The notes below the pieces were generated by a model, which was not told where the DNA came from, made no database searches, and worked only from the letters and a program-made list of their open reading frames with translations. 64,000 bases of DNA from the NCBI GenBank assembly GCA_951406725.2, contig OX597836.1, forward strand, positions 33,046,001-33,110,000, given 5' to 3'. This document shows, piece by piece, positions 27,951-42,641 of this stretch. The position numbers and the translations under genes are program-made. Within the stretch, counting starts at the first letter, position 1. Every line of letters starts with the position of its first letter. Source of the DNA: Octopus vulgaris. Taxonomy: Eukaryota.

Positions 27951-28399
27951 GGTACTTTTTGGTTATCTCACCCCCATTAAAATACTGGGTTATCTCCTCA
28001 TGCTTTACGAGAAATATCAATACTTTTGGTTGTCTCCCTCAATTAAAAGCATTATTTAACCCTTAATAAAACAAGAACAAAAAAAGAAAGTGAAATGATG
28101 AAACCTCGTATTGAATCTGATAACATTTTTATAACAAATCATACAAAATTGAAAAGATTGATAAACATGAAAACTGAAAAAATTAAACATCTTATTGAAT
28201 TTGATATCATTTTAATAACAAATCATACCATTCCTATTGAAGGGACCAAAAGTCAACAATCTGTCGAAGTATTGAATCAAAAGGATCTAACCCTTTTAAT
28301 CCAATCTCGTCACCACATAAACTCAATTTTTTAGAGGGGAGATAACCCAGTTTTTTAATGGCAATTTTTTAATGGGGGTGAGATAACCAAATAGTACCC
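27951..28399. mobile_element. MITE with ~32-bp TIRs
   Basis: ggtactttttggttatctcacccccattaaaa / ttttaatgggggtgagataaccaaatagtacc, plus inner ctgggttatctcc / ggagataacccag. Confidence 0.8.
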
Positions 28400-29393
28400 T
28401 TAGTGTAATTATCATAGTGTTCAAAAAGTTAACTGCTAATCATTGCGTTTCTGATAATTGATTATATTGAAGTTAGCATGGTTCAGCCACTGCTTGTGCC
28501 TTGCTCACTGCACATCTGCTGTGTCATCTCATGCTCTCTCTGCTACATCCTAAAGCTCTCTATCTAGTGGTCACATGTGTGTTGATTCTATACTGATTGA
28601 AGGTCTCAGAAAGGAGCATGCCATAACTGAAGTCTTAATTGGTCAGATTTTGTTGATCACATGAGTAACATCTCAGCGAATCATTGCATTGGCTGATTGC
28701 TGGATGTTTCCTGTACAATGACACTGCACCCCTTTCACTATAGATATCTGTCTTTATCATTCCAAAGCTCGATCACTTACATAAATGGATATCTTCATAC
28801 CACATGTTTTGACATACAAGTCAAATACTTACACCAAAATTTACTGCCAGGGAAACGTAGATCACCTTATACACCAAGACATCTTAGGAAGACCAAAAAC
28901 ACCATGTAAAATGCAGCAGGATTTAGAAAGATAATGATGATGTTTGAATGTTTATGCCACATGTTTACATGGTATACAATGTTGGCTTATATGCTGGAAA
29001 ATACAGTAAACTAAACTTAAACCCAATTGGATGCAGCGATCTGGTTTTTAGGGGTTTTTGTTTCTTCATATTTTTATATTTCCTTATATGGTTATCCCTC
29101 ACCTCATGCATCACAACCATGTGTGCAATAATATGAATATGGTTATCTAATATCAAGATAAACAGCACATGACCTTCTTGCAGGTGGGGCCCAGTTAGAA
29201 TTTTCTTCTGGTCGAGTAACCCATCCCGCTCAAAAGGTCCTTGAATAAGGGTTGTTTAAGGATGTTGAACGAAACACCCATGTTTCCAGAGGTGAATTAT
29301 TCAACCCCAAAGAATCCCTCTCAGAGATGCACATATCGTCAGCCACTAAGGGACATGCTCAACTGGTTATGGTTAAACAACTGACAAGCAAAT

Positions 29394-29456
<63 letters not shown>

Positions 29457-30746
29457 CATGTGTTTGTTTTGAAAATAAGACTGGAAAGAACCGATTTTAT
29501 TTGTGAAAAATTTGGGGCCTGGTTTTGCAACCACTTTCCATTGGCTGGGTCGAATCAGAATTGTTTGACCTGTCATTTTTTTTTTCTTTCAGATTAGTTC
29601 GGAGGTGTTTAGAGGGGAGGGGCAGAGTACATCACCTAAAAACTAAGTAAAGTTGATTAACTTTGTAAAAGAAAAGAGTGGTTCGATGGGAAACCCAGAG
29701 GGCTAACATTGCATGTTGTTGCTGTTGCTGTTGCTGTTTTCATTGATGATGTTGTCGGTGGTGCAGGCAGTGGTATAGTCAATACCATTTACATTCAAGA
29801 AAGAATGGTGGTGATGGTGGTGGTAGTGGCTGGTGATTGTGGTTGTCATGGTAATGGTTGTGGTTGTGGTGGTTGTTGCTGTTCTTGTTGTGGTGGTGGT
29901 GCTGGTAGTGCTGGTGGTGGAGGTGGTGGTGGTGGCGGCGGTGGTGGTGCTTGTGGTGGTTCTTGTGGTGGTAGAGGTGGCAGTGGTGATGGTGGTGGCA
30001 GTGGTGGTGGTGGTGGTGGTGGTGGCAGTGGTGATTGTGGTTGTGGTGGTGGTGGTGGTGGTGGAGGTGGTAGTGGTGGTGGTGGTTGTGGTGGTGATGG
30101 GGTGGTTGTGGTTGTGGTGGTGGTGGTGGTGGTGATGGTGGTGGTAGTGGTGGTGATGGTTGTGGTTGTTGTTGTGGTGGTAGTTGTTGTTGTTGTTGTT
30201 GTGGTGGTAGTGGTGGTGGAATTCTTTGAAGCAAAGCACAGTTAATTTCACCTCGGAAAACAAAAAACAAACACAGAACAGAACAAAAAATAAAAAATAA
30301 AATCCAGTAGTTGTCATTTCGTTGACTGAAGCCTGTCTTCAAGAACTGACCTTATCATTGGCAGCATCTGGTTTCCTCCTAATCCGATCAGCATTGAGCC
30401 ATGCAACACTCTACCACTACAGCTCGTGCTATTATTTGCTACTATATAGACGTGGCAGAGATCCCAACAGAATCACACCAAGCTAATGTTACAGCCACTA
30501 CCACTAACTACTGCTGCTACTACTGCTTTTCCTACTTTTCTACACTGCTGCTTCCAGAACCTACAAAGTTCCAGTTTTCAATTTGATTCAGCAAACAACT
30601 CAGGCCTTTGATGTCTTAAGCTTGTGTCAACAAACATGTTTTCACCCTCAAATGAATATCTAAAGAGCATATGATTAATCATAAGCCACCCAACGATAAA
30701 AAGAAAAAAGACCCACAGAAATAACAACAACAACAACAACAACAAC

Positions 30747-30812
<66 letters not shown>

Positions 30813-31611
30813 TGGTGATTGCGATCATGATGATAATGATGATAATGATGATCATGATATGGAATTGGAAGAAGGCTCAGGGCTGAGTGCCCTTTTTCTT
30901 TTTTGATTCCCTGTATTATGTGATTGATGAGTGAACTCACTGCCACCTGCCTGCCTCTTCTCCTATGTTGTAGGTGGGGGGCACCAGTTCTGGAACAGAC
31001 CACTTCTTCATCTTCTTCTTCTTCTTCTTCTTCTTCTTCTTTTCCTCCTCCTCTTCTTCTTCTTCTTCTCCTCCTCCTCTGCCTCCTCCACTTCTTCTTT
31101 TCCTCCTCCTCCTCCTCTTCTTCTTTTCCTCATCCTCCTCCTCCACTTCTTCTTTTCCTCATCCTCCTCCTCCTCCTCTTCTTCTTCTTTTCCTCCTCCT
31201 CTTCTTTTTCTTCTTCTTCTTTTTCTTCTTCTTCTTCTTCTTCTCCTCCTCCTTCTTCTACTTCCACTATTCTTCTTTTTCCTCCTCCTCTTCTCCTCCC
31301 TCCTCTTCCTCCTCCGATTTTTCTTCTTCTTCTTCCTCCTCCTCTTCTTCTTCCTCCTCTTCTTCCTTTTCCCTCTTCTCAATATTCCCACCCCTACATT
31401 CAACATGCTAAAATAAGAATCAGTTTTTTTCATGGTTTGCTATTTCTAGCATATTGGAAAACCACTTACTGGCCATTCCTTACGTGTATAATTTTTATAC
31501 ATACATATAACATATTAATATTTGAAGTCTACAGACATTTTTACTCATGCAGGCGACTGGTAAACATTAATATTTAATTTTTATCCTATATTTTTAGATT
31601 TATATCTATAT

Positions 31612-32560
31612 CATCATCATCATCATTTAGCGTCCGTTTTCCATGCTAGCATGGGTTGGACGGTTCAACTGGGGTCTGGGGAGCCCGAGGGCTGCACCAG
31701 GCCAGTCAGATCTGGCAGTGTTTCTACAGCTGGATGCCCTTCCTAACGCCAACCACTCCGAGAGTGTAGTGGGTGATTTTATGTGCCACCGACACAGGTG
31801 CCAGACGAGGCTGGCGAACGGCCACGCCCGGATGGTGTTTTTATGTGCCACCGACACAGGTGCCAGACGAGGCTGGCAGACGGCCACGCTCGGATGGTGT
31901 TTTTATGTGCCACCGACACAGGTGCCAGATGAGGCTGGCGGACGGCCACGATCGGATGGTGTTTGTTACGGAGGCCAGTCTATGCGGTACTGGCTACGGC
32001 CATGTTCGGATGATTTTCTTGTGTGCCACCGGCACTGGTACCACAAAGATACAAATTCCATTGATGTTCATCTATTTTGATTTGATTTGATTTTTGATTT
32101 TCACTTGCCTCAACAGGTCTTCACAAGTGTCACAAGAAGGAAGGTATGCACAGGTGGACTGACTACGTCCCAGGTAGGGGCCACGGGTTATGGCCTGACT
32201 AGTCTTGCCGGGTCTTCGGATGGTGTTTTTATGTGCCACCGACACAGGTGCCAGATGGGGCTGGCGAACGGCCACGACCGGATGGTGTTTGTTGCGTGCC
32301 CACAGCACGAAGGCCAGTCGATGCGGTACTGGCTACGGCCACGTTCGGATGGTTTTCTTGTGTGCCACCGGCACTGGTACCACAAAGATACAAATTCCAT
32401 TGATGTTCATCTATTTTGATTTGGTTTGATTTGATTTGATTTGATTTTGATTTTGATTTTGATTTTTTGATTTTTTGATTTTCACTTGCCTCAACAGGTC
32501 TACACAAGTGTCACACACTTGCCTCAACAGGTCTTCACAAGTGTCATAAGTAGGAAGGTA
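31612..32560 (-). mobile_element. RTE 3' UTR element with internal tandem duplications
   Basis: (CAT)n start; 62-bp units at 31781, 31843 and 31905; block ~31895-32130 repeated at ~32220-32510. Confidence 0.8.
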
Positions 32561-32580
32561 TGCACATATATATATATATA

Positions 32581-32672
32581 TATGCTTTACTAATAAAGCA
32601 TAATACTCTACCTCTGGTATTTGAGTACTATTTTTTCCCACCTTGTTTTACATTTATGTGCTTACTCTGGCA
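32581..32672. mobile_element. Family H tail fragment
   Basis: aataaagcataatactctacctctggtatttgagtactattttttcccaccttg matches the family H tail. Confidence 0.6.
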
Positions 32673-32715
32673 TATATGTATATATATATATATACATACT
32701 TAAGAAATAATCCTT

Positions 32716-32975
32716 AAAAGTGGTGCCACCTGACTGGCGTCCGTGTCGGTGGCACGTAAAAAGCACCAACCGATTGTGGCCGCTTGCCAGCCTCCTCTGG
32801 CCCCTGTGCCAGTGGCACGTAAAAAGCACCCACTACACTCACAGAGTGGTTGGCATTAAGAAGGGCATCAAGCTGTAGAAACACTGCCAGATCAGACTGG
32901 AGTCTGACGCAGCCTCCTGGTCGAACCGTCCAACTCATGCTAGCATGGAAAACAGATTTCAAACGATGATGATGA
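32716..32975 (+). mobile_element. RTE 3' UTR fragment
   Basis: Same family in opposite orientation to 31612. Further copies at ~3190-3540(-), 11477-11712(+), 12985-13125(-), 15365-15507(-), 15893-16175(+), 24605-24843(+), 40110-40233(+), 45296-45552(+). Confidence 0.8.
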
Positions 32976-33780
32976 TATATATATATATACACACACATTT
33001 ATACATACATGCATGCATACATATATATGTACATATGTTATAGACAAAAAATATATTTGTTTTTCTCTCATAGTCATCTTACAGCTTTTATCAGTCTCCG
33101 TCTCTACCCCTGTTTCTCCCACCCTTTATCTCTCCCTCTCTCTCTCTCCCTTTCTCTCCCTCTCCCTCCCTCTCTCATCCTCTTTCTCTCTCTCCTTTTG
33201 ACACTTCTCCATGAAGCACACACACACACACACACATGCACACACACACACACACACATGCACACACACACACACACACATGCACACACACACACATGCA
33301 CACACACACACACACAAACACACACAAGACACATTCATACACACATAACACATTCTTATACACAAACACATCTCACACACACACACACACACACTCACAT
33401 AAACCCCCCCCCCACACACACACACACACACACACACATCTACATACAAGCAAACACACATTTCCTGTTAATGCTATTTCAGTATTTGTCAAAGCTATTA
33501 AAACCAATTAGATTTTGTTGTGTGCCAAGCGAAGTCTCTCTCTCTCTACCTGAGCTCCAGATATTTAGCTGGCAAAACTATTTATTGCATTCTGTGTCTC
33601 CTTGTTGAAACAACAAACAAACGTTTGTTTTTAGTCCCAACTCTAACAGACTTACAGAATCGAATTGACTCCCTTGCACACAATTCTTGCTTCTTTTCTT
33701 CTTCTTCTTCTTCTTCTTCTTTCCAACGTGGAGGTGCAATGGCCCAGTGGTTAGGGCAGCGGACTCGCGGTCGTAGGATC

Positions 33781-33938
33781 AGGACTTATACTTTGTAAGC
33801 CTAGTACTTATTCTCTCGGTCTCTTTTGCCGAACAGCTAAGTTACGGGGACGTAAACACACCAGCATCAGTTGAGAAGTAATGGTGGGGGGGACAAACAC
33901 AGACACACAAACATATACACACGCATACATATACATAT

Positions 33939-33969
<31 letters not shown>

Positions 33970-34140
33970 CATATATACGACAGGCTTCCTTCAGTTTCCA
34001 TCTACCAAATCCACTCACAAGGCTTTGGTTGGCCTGAGGCTATAGTAGGAGACACTTGCCCAAGGGGCCACAAAGTGGGACTGAACCTGGAACCATGTGG
34101 TTGGTAAGCAAGCTACTTACCACACAGCCACTCCTGCACC
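33781..34140 (-). mobile_element. SINE family A, 3'-truncated, abutting a family E head (33728-33780)
   Basis: Reverse-complement homologue of 581-918. Confidence 0.85.
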
Positions 34141-34161
34141 AAAATGTACAAGATATAAGTT

Positions 34162-34395
34162 GTGAAGGCACATGGCTCAGTGGTTAGATCATCGGGCTCA
34201 CAAGCACAAGGTAGTGAGTTCAGTTCCTGAACCGAGCAACCATGCAGTGTTCTTGAACAAAACACTTCATTCCACGTTGCTTTGGTCCACTCAGCTGCCA
34301 AAAGAGAGTAATCCTGCAATGGACTGGCTTCCCATCCCAGTGGAGAATATAAACGCCATGAAACCAACATCGACTCATAAGGGCCTTATGAGTCG
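34162..34395 (+). mobile_element. Family D head with V-domain-like tail
   Basis: D head and core followed by cctgcaatggactggcttcccatcc.., the tail type also seen on E-head copies at 13127 and 18787. Confidence 0.7.
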
Positions 34396-35405
34396 ATATG
34401 ACTCATAAAGGTTGCTTTACTATCAGTCGGAAGCTGTGCATCACAATATTGCATTATCAGTAAATATCATAGTTTAGCATGGATTTATTTTACAAAAATT
34501 CACGCTTGAGAAATAAATTCACAAAATGATGAAATATAAACAATACTTGATAAAATTTCTATATTTCATAACAATGTTTTAATAACAGCATGACCGTGTA
34601 GTCTTATGTAAATATCAAAAGGGGGTGGGGGGCGAGGGTGGAATGCTTAGGATTATGTTTCATTGTTGTTGTTGTCGTTGTTGTTTATATGAGCAGTTTG
34701 ATTTTTGAGAGAGATTCATCTGCTAATTCTAGCAGATCAGTGACGATATAGAGGCCTTCATGTTGCTTCATGGTGGTGGTAGTGGTGGTGGAGACAGTGG
34801 CCAAGGCAGTGGGCATGATGATGATGAGGATGAGGAGGAAGAGGAGGAAGAGGAGGAGGGGAAGGCAGGGAGAGGAGGAGGAGTGGGAGCTGGGAGAGGA
34901 GGGGAGGGAGAGGGAGATAGCAATGGTAGTGGTGGTGGGTTTGACAATGATGATGATGATGAGGAGGAGGAGAGAAGGAGGATTGTTATGATGATGATGA
35001 ATGACAATGATAGTGATTATAGGAATGATGATGAGGGAGGAGGAGGAGAAAAGAGGAGAAATAGGATGATGATGATGAAGATGATGATGATGAGGATAAC
35101 AACGACGATGACGACAAGAATGAAGATGAGGGGGATGTGGAAGAATTATATATAAATATATATATACATAAATATTTTTTTTTCTTTAAATTTAAATATT
35201 TATTTCAAAACTAAAGATATCATATCACTTGTACTGAAAGATTGTTCATTAGTTGAAATTACTGTGATAAATAAACAATGACAACAACTACAACATCAAC
35301 ATCAACACCGCCCACTCCCCTTCTTCTTCCTCCTCTCGAAATATCACAAGAGGGACGGTTTCTATTTCAGTTTCTGAGTTGAACTTTCGGTAGAAAGTGG
35401 GTATG

Positions 35406-35436
<31 letters not shown>

Positions 35437-36181
35437 CAACTGCTACTATCATCATCAACATCATCTGCAAGATCAACACTATCATTATCATCATCTTCAA
35501 TATCATCGTCATCATTATCGTCATCATCATCATCGTTTTCAACATCACCACTATCGTCGTCATCGTTATTATCATCATCATCATCATCATCATTGTCATC
35601 ATCATCATCATTTTCAACATCACCACTGTCATCGTCATCACCAACATCATCATCAGTATTAACACTATTATCATCATCCTAACCCATACCACCACCACCA
35701 AAACCAACAACACAACCACAATCACCACAACAACAACAACAACAGCAACAACAACCGTTTTTTGTTGCTTCTTTCTCAAGAATGCTAAATATATATATGT
35801 ATATATATATATATAAATAAACCTCGTTTTTCTTTTATTATTTTCTTCTATAATCACAGTTAATCCCAACTTAAGTCCTACAAAATATAAATGAGTTTTG
35901 ATGAAATGAAGACAGCGCTCTCAAACTGAGGGATTAGTGTAGTCTAGGTCTGCTGCAGCTCTTTGTCTATGAGAAGTTTCCCACCGAATCCAGCTTTGAG
36001 AGGTCATCCTAGAATTGACCCCACCTTCAATAATTTGCTTCTACGTAATCCTGTTTTTCTGAATAACCCAGTTTTGGGAGATTTGGCCTCTTACCTACTT
36101 CATTATATATTCCCTCAAAGCCCCCAATTCCCTTTGAAAGAGTCTTTCTTTGCCTTGCCAGTGACAAATATATATTATACA

Positions 36182-36346
36182 TAGGTGTAGGAGTGGCTGT
36201 GTGGTAAGTAACTTGCTAACCAGCCACATGGTTCTGAGTTCAGTCCCACTGCATGGCACCTTGAGCAAGTGTCTTCTACTATAGCCTCGGGGCAGACCAA
36301 AGCCTTGTGAGTGGATTTGGTAGATGGAAACTGAAAGAAGCCCGTC

Positions 36347-36350
<4 letters not shown>
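36182..36350 (+). mobile_element. SINE family A 5' half ending in (TA)n
   Basis: Homologous to 581-750. Confidence 0.85.
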
Positions 36351-36402
<52 letters not shown>

Positions 36403-36409
36403 ATATATG

Positions 36410-36454
<45 letters not shown>

Positions 36455-36718
36455 AATTAATAAGTAAGGGCAAAAGAAGAAATTTCTAATGCCAAAATAT
36501 GCCGAAAATGGACACTACGTCAATAACCATGTAATTTACCACTAACAAGCACGTATTTCGAAGAAATCTGATAGAAATTTCTAAAAAATCCCGTTATTAT
36601 CATATCGGACCCGATTTCATAGTTAGTTCATCAGAACCTTCTCTTCATCAGTGATAAATGCGGCAAAGGAATAAGTGAAAGATAGAAGAGACTATCATAT
36701 ACATACATACATATATAT

Positions 36719-36747
<29 letters not shown>

Positions 36748-36749
<2 letters not shown>

Positions 36750-36886
36750 GGTTGTCCCAAAAGTTCGTAAACACTTGCGAAAATTGAATTTTTACTCGCC
36801 AAGTACTAACAAAAACAACAAAAATTATTCCTCAAAATAAAGACCATTATTTTCCAAACTTTCTATGAACTTTTGGGACAACCTTA
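36748..36886. mobile_element. Small Tc1/mariner-type MITE
   Basis: TIRs aggttgtcccaaaagttc (36749-36766) / gaacttttgggacaacct (36867-36884), in TA context. Confidence 0.8.
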
Positions 36887-37199
36887 TATTTATATAATAT
36901 ATATGTATGTATATGATAGGCTCTTCCATCGAAGACAATATGTGAGATGAAGTGATTTGCTCAAGAACACAACACACCGCCTAGATCATGAGTGCAACAC
37001 TTTAACCACTAAGCCATGCATCCTCACTATATATGTGCATGTGTGTATGTGTGTGTGTGTGTGTGTACTCTTCTTGAGTACATATATGTTTGTTTATTTA
37101 CATAGTTGCCTTTATATATATATATGTGTATATACATCATAGACAGACAGACAGATAGGTAGTTAGATAGATAGATAGATAGATAGGCAGATAGATAGT

Positions 37200-37324
<125 letters not shown>

Positions 37325-37635
37325 CAATAGACAGACAGTCAGACAAACAGACAGATAGACTGATAGATAATCTATCTCTTTGATCTATCTCTATGTCTGT
37401 TTTATCAATCTTTTGTGCCTATCAATCTAGTCAGCCATTATGGTCCTCCTTGAAAGCCAGCCAACAACCAGGACTTGCAGCCTCCTCTCACAGTTAAAGA
37501 AACTTGTCTCCATCTTTTAGAAGAGGAGTCAGGCTTTCCTTTAGATGTTCCAAATGTAAACATTTCTGCAAGAATTTCGACAATTTTCATTTCATTGACA
37601 CAAGCTTATGTTGCTTGTCGTTTTTTATTATTAGC

Positions 37636-38548
37636 AATGGTGGCGGCAACTGTAGTGGTGATGGTGGTGGTTATCATTTTCATAATCATCATGGTGGTGG
37701 TTGTGGTGGTGGTGATGGTGGTGTTGGTGGTAGCGGCAGTAGTTGTCATTTTCATAATCATCATGGTGATGGTAGTGATGGTGTTTGAGTTGGTGGTGGT
37801 TTTGATGGTGGTGGTGGTAGTGGTGGTGGTGGCAGCGACATTGGTATTGGTGATGGTGGTGTCGGTGGTGGTGGTGGGGATGTTGGTAGTTGTCATTGTT
37901 ATCATGCTGGTGGTGGTGGTGGTGGTGGTGGTTGTCATTTTCATAATCATCATGGTGGTGGATGTGGTGGTGTTTGAGTCAGTAGTGGTGATGGTGGTGT
38001 TGGTGGTAGCGGCAGTAGTTGTCATTTTCATCATCATGGTGGTGGTAGTGGTAGTGGTGGTGGTGGTGGTGGTGATGTTGGTAGTTGTCATTGTTATCAT
38101 GCTGCTGCTGCTGTGGTGGTGGTGGTAGCAGCAGCAGTGGTTGTCATCATCATGGTAGTGGTAAAAGTTAGTGTTTGTGTCAGTGGTGGTGGTGGTCTCG
38201 GTGATGGTGGTGGCAGTAGCAGTGGTTGCCATTTTCATCATCATCATCGTGGTGGTAGTGATGGTGTTTGTGTCAGTGGTGGTGGTGGTGGTGATGGTGG
38301 TCGTGGTGGTCTTGGTTATGGTGGTGATGATGATTTTGGTAATTGTCATCATCATGGTGGTGGTGGTAGTGGTGGTGGTAGTGGTGTCGGTGGTGGTGAT
38401 GGTGATGTTGGTAGTTGTCATGATGGTGGTGGTGGTGGTGGTGGTGGTGGTGGTGGTGTCGGTGGTGGTGATGTTGGTAGTTGTCATGGTGGTGGTGGTG
38501 GTGGTGGTGGTGGTGGTGGTGGTGGCGATGGTGATGGCAGTAGTAGTA
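37636..38548. repeat. (GGT/GAT)n low-complexity tract with a recurring gttgtcattttcatnatcatcatggtg unit
   Basis: Direct reading; other trinucleotide tracts at 26215-26555, 29710-30220, 31000-31380, 34770-35760, 40340-40520 and 47625-48180. Confidence 0.9.
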
Positions 38549-38980
38549 ATTTCTTCTTTGCTTTTGTCAGCTAAAACACAATGAAAGGACTAAGATAGAG
38601 AGAGAGCAAGATTTCAATTCATGTTGTCATTGTCGTTGCTGCTGTTGTTGTTGTTGTTGTTATTGTTTGCACTCTGCTTTGCCCCTTATCCATCAGAGCT
38701 ATGCAACCATCAAAGGCATTCCATTTGCAGCCAGCCTAGTCTTCTTTATAATTATTCTAATAGGGCAATCAGCTGGCAGAATCGTTAGCACACCAGGTCC
38801 CTCTTCATGATTCTGAGTTCAAATGCTGCCAAGGTCGATTTCGCCTTTCATCCTTTTGGGGTCAATTAAATATATATGTATATATGTACCAGTTAAGCAG
38901 TTGGGGTCAATTTCATAAATTAGCCCTTGCTCCTACAAAAGAAATTTCAAGTCTTATACTTCTAGAAAAAAAGACTATTA

Positions 38981-39039
<59 letters not shown>

Positions 39040-39144
39040 TTATGTGCCACCTGCACAGGTGCCAGAGGGGTCTGGCATCGGCCACGTTCGGATGGTGCTT
39101 TTTATGTGGGGGGGGGGGGTGCAGATATATATATATGTGTGCGG

Positions 39145-39447
39145 AGACCACCTTCGGTCAGGAATAACCATGGGATTGCACCTAGAAAGTTACCCTCCCA
39201 GGCACAAGTCTGGGCAAGGTTGTTTATGGAAGACCAGCAGTCGCCCATGCATACCGACCTCCCCTCTCTATGCCACCAGTGTTATCCAAGGGAAAGGCAA
39301 AGGCCAATACAGCTTGGCATCAGTGATGTCGCAACTCATTTCTACAGCTGAGTGAACTGGAGCAACGTGAAATAAGGTGTCTTGCTCATGAACACAACAC
39401 GCAGCCCAGTCCGGGATTTGAACTCACAACCTCACAGTCGTAAGATT
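39145..39447 (-). mobile_element. SINE family D
   Basis: Reverse-complement homologue of 6110-6414. Confidence 0.85.
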
Positions 39448-41671
39448 GAGGGTGTATATACATACACACACACACACACATCTATGTGTGTGTGTGTTTG
39501 TGTTTGTCCTCCATCACTGCTTGACAACCAGTGTTGATGTATTTATGTCCCCGTAACTTAGCAGTTCAGCAACATAAACCGATAGAATAAGTACCAGGCT
39601 TAAAAAAAAAAAAAGTACTAAAGTCAATTCATTTGACCAAAAATTCTTCAAGGTGGCACCCCAGCATGGCCTCAGTCCAATGACTGAAACAAATAAAAGA
39701 TAAAAGATAAATGGTAAAAAATTCTAGTAATGATGTTAAATACATACCAAAAATGACTAGTCTGTCTTTAACCCACTCGCATTTAAATTAGCCATATCAG
39801 GCCCAAATTTTCTACCTGTTTTATGTTCAAACTGGCCAGATCTGACTTCTCATATTAACCTAACAATGTCATTCTAAAAATACACTATCACATTATCAAA
39901 ATCTCAAAGGTACAAGATAATATATGATTAATTCAAAACAATGTAAATAAATAAATATTACATATGACAAAGTAATCTGAACACTAAATCTATATATTTT
40001 TATTTTTATAATTTTTTTTTATTTCTTTTTCATTTGTTTCGGTCATTTGATTGTGGTCATGCTGGAGCACCAACTAAGTTGTTTATGTTTGTTTAATAGC
40101 AATGAAAATATAAACACTGCCAGACTAGACTGGAGCCTGGGGCAGTCCCGAGCTCCCCAGACCCCGGTCGAAACCGTCCAACCCGTGCTAGCGCGGAAAA
40201 CGGACGTTAAACGATGATGATGATGATGATGATCTGAAATCATTATTGGATTTGACTCAAGTTTGCTGCTGCTGCTGCTGTTGTTGTTGTTGTTGTTGCC
40301 ATGCTGGACAAAATGCTCAGCAACATTTCTTCTAGATTTTTACATTCTGGGTTCAAATTTTCTTCTTCTTCTTCTTCTTCTTCTTCTTCTTCTTCTTCTT
40401 CTTCTTCTTCTTCTTCTTCTTCTTCTTCTTCTTCTTCTTCTTCTTCTTCTTCTTCTTCTTCTTCTTCTTCTTCTTCTTCTTCCTCCTCCTCCTCCTCCTT
40501 TTCTTCTTCTTCTTCTTCTTCTTTAAACTTGATGATATGATGATGAGGAGGAGGAAGAGAATGGCTACATGAGCATGGTAGTGATGATGATGATGTTGGT
40601 GGTTGTGCTGGTGCTGGTGTGGTGGTGGTGGTGCTGGTGCAGAGGGGGGTGGAGGACTCCTTCAAAACCAGGTATTCATATGGGTCAAAGAATGCTATCT
40701 AAAACATTACCTGAAGGTTTTGTGTTTCTCATTACCCTCTGTCCCCTTTATTATCATCAACAAGGGATTTTGTTTTTTTTAAGCCTATGCCCTATTTTTT
40801 TTCTTCAGATGTCTCTCCTGTTATTGTCATTGTCATTCTTATTATTATCCAAAATGCCTTGTGGTATTTTGGTGATCTTTATGTTCTGAGTTCAAATTCC
40901 ACTGAGTTCGGCTTTTGCCTTTCATCCTTTCAGGATCAATAAAATAAGTACCAGTTGAGCACTGCAGGCGATGTAACCGACTCCCTTCCCCTCTTCCCCA
41001 AAATTGTTGGCCTTGCTGCAAAATTTGAAACCGTTATTATTATTATTATCATTATCCTGTTCTTTCAATTTTATTTCCATTTCTTGCTGAGTGTCTTCCC
41101 AACACCTAGGGCAAAGAAACTCAGTGGTAGACCATTAAAATAAGCATGCCAGATTGTTCATTTACAAAGTCATGCTGTAGGGAAAAAAAGGGGAAGAAAG
41201 ACAGAGAAAAAAGAAAGAATAAAAAAATAAAAAAATAAACAAAAAGAAATTATTGTTGTTGTGATTGTTGTTGCTGTAACCTTTACCTGTCTAAAATGAT
41301 ATAAAGTGTCAGTAATATGTCTTTATCTGTTACCTGCATGACACACCTTAATACTATGACATACCTCTTGGTACAGGACAACTCTTGTCAACAACACACC
41401 TGTGCTGTGCAATATATTACTTCACATACATTTAATTAGAGTGCCGCCAGGATGAGTCCCCATGTAGCTTGCCACTTGGCTACAATGCTACTTCTTGCCC
41501 CAAATCACAAGGCCAGCGATTTTTGGGAAAGGGGCAAGCAAGGGAAAAGGGAAGCAAGTCAGTTGCATTGACCCGAGTGCTCCAAAAGGATGAAAGGCAA
41601 AGTCGACCTCAGCAGAATCTGAACTCAGAATGTAAAGATGGACAAAATATCACTAGGCATTTTGAATAATT

Positions 41672-42110
41672 AGTGGCTGTGTGGTAAGTATCTTGCTTAC
41701 CAGCCACATGTTTCCGGGTTCGGTCCCACTGCATGGCACCTTGGGCAAGTGTCTTCTACTATAGCCTCGGGCCAACCAAAGCCTTGTGAGTGGATTTGGT
41801 AGATGGAAACTGAAAGAAGCTCGTCGTATACATGTGCATGTGTGTGCATGTATGTGTGTGTGTGTGTGTGCACATTTGTGTGTACATGTTAGTGTACATG
41901 TGTGTGCATGTGTGTGTTTGTGTGTGCATGTGTGTGTTTGTGTGTGCATGTGTGTGTTTGTGTGTGCATGTGTGTGCACACGTGTGTGTGTGTTTGTGCA
42001 TGTGTGTGGGGCTGGGTGAGTGTGTTTACATGCATATGTGTATGTATATGTGTTTTTATCTTTGTCTCCCACCACTACTCGACAACTGGTGTTGGTTTGT
42101 TTATGTCCCT
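41672..42110 (+). mobile_element. SINE family A with expanded internal (TG/TGCA)n
   Basis: Head 41672-41828, ~230-bp microsatellite, partial tail. Confidence 0.8.
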
Positions 42111-42184
42111 CATTGTCTCTCTATCTGGTTAGCTCTCTACCTATTCATCTCTCCGTCCATCTATCTTCCCACCTTTATGGATTT

Positions 42185-42630
42185 TTAACATTCTGACATT
42201 TAAACCAGCCATATCCAGCTCAAATATTCTACATGTTCTATGTTAAAAATGACCCAATCCAGCTTCTTACACCTACCCTACAATGTCATTCTAACAAATA
42301 AGCAACCACATCATCAAAATGTCAAAGCTACAAGAGATAATACATGATTAATTCAAAACAATGTGAATAGATAAGCTTTACATTTGGCAGAGTTAATCCG
42401 AATGCTAAAGGGTTAATTAAACCAGCTATATCCAGCCCAGATAGTCTCCCTGTTTTATGCTAAAACCTGGTCAAATCCAGCCTCTCTCACCTATCCTACA
42501 ATGTCATTCTAAAGATTCACAATCACATTATGAAATTCTCAAGGCTATGAGATAAAGCAGGATTAATTCAAAACAATGAGAATAAATAAATATTACATTT
42601 GACGGAGTAATCTCAACGCTAAAGGGTTAA
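42185..42630. mobile_element. Two tandem family G TTAA MITEs
   Basis: Both end ..gctaaagggttaa (~42416 and 42630); homologue at ~39768-39990. Confidence 0.75.
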
Positions 42631-42641
42631 AACAGTGTAGA

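Noticed and set aside
29575-29655. Strong acceptor at 29592 as an otoferlin exon
   Set aside because: No ferlin-like peptide in any frame, early stops and a weak donor.
41280-41405. Cluster of CAGGTA/CAGGTG words on the minus strand as an enhancer
   Set aside because: Few short motifs, not distinguishable from chance without conservation data.
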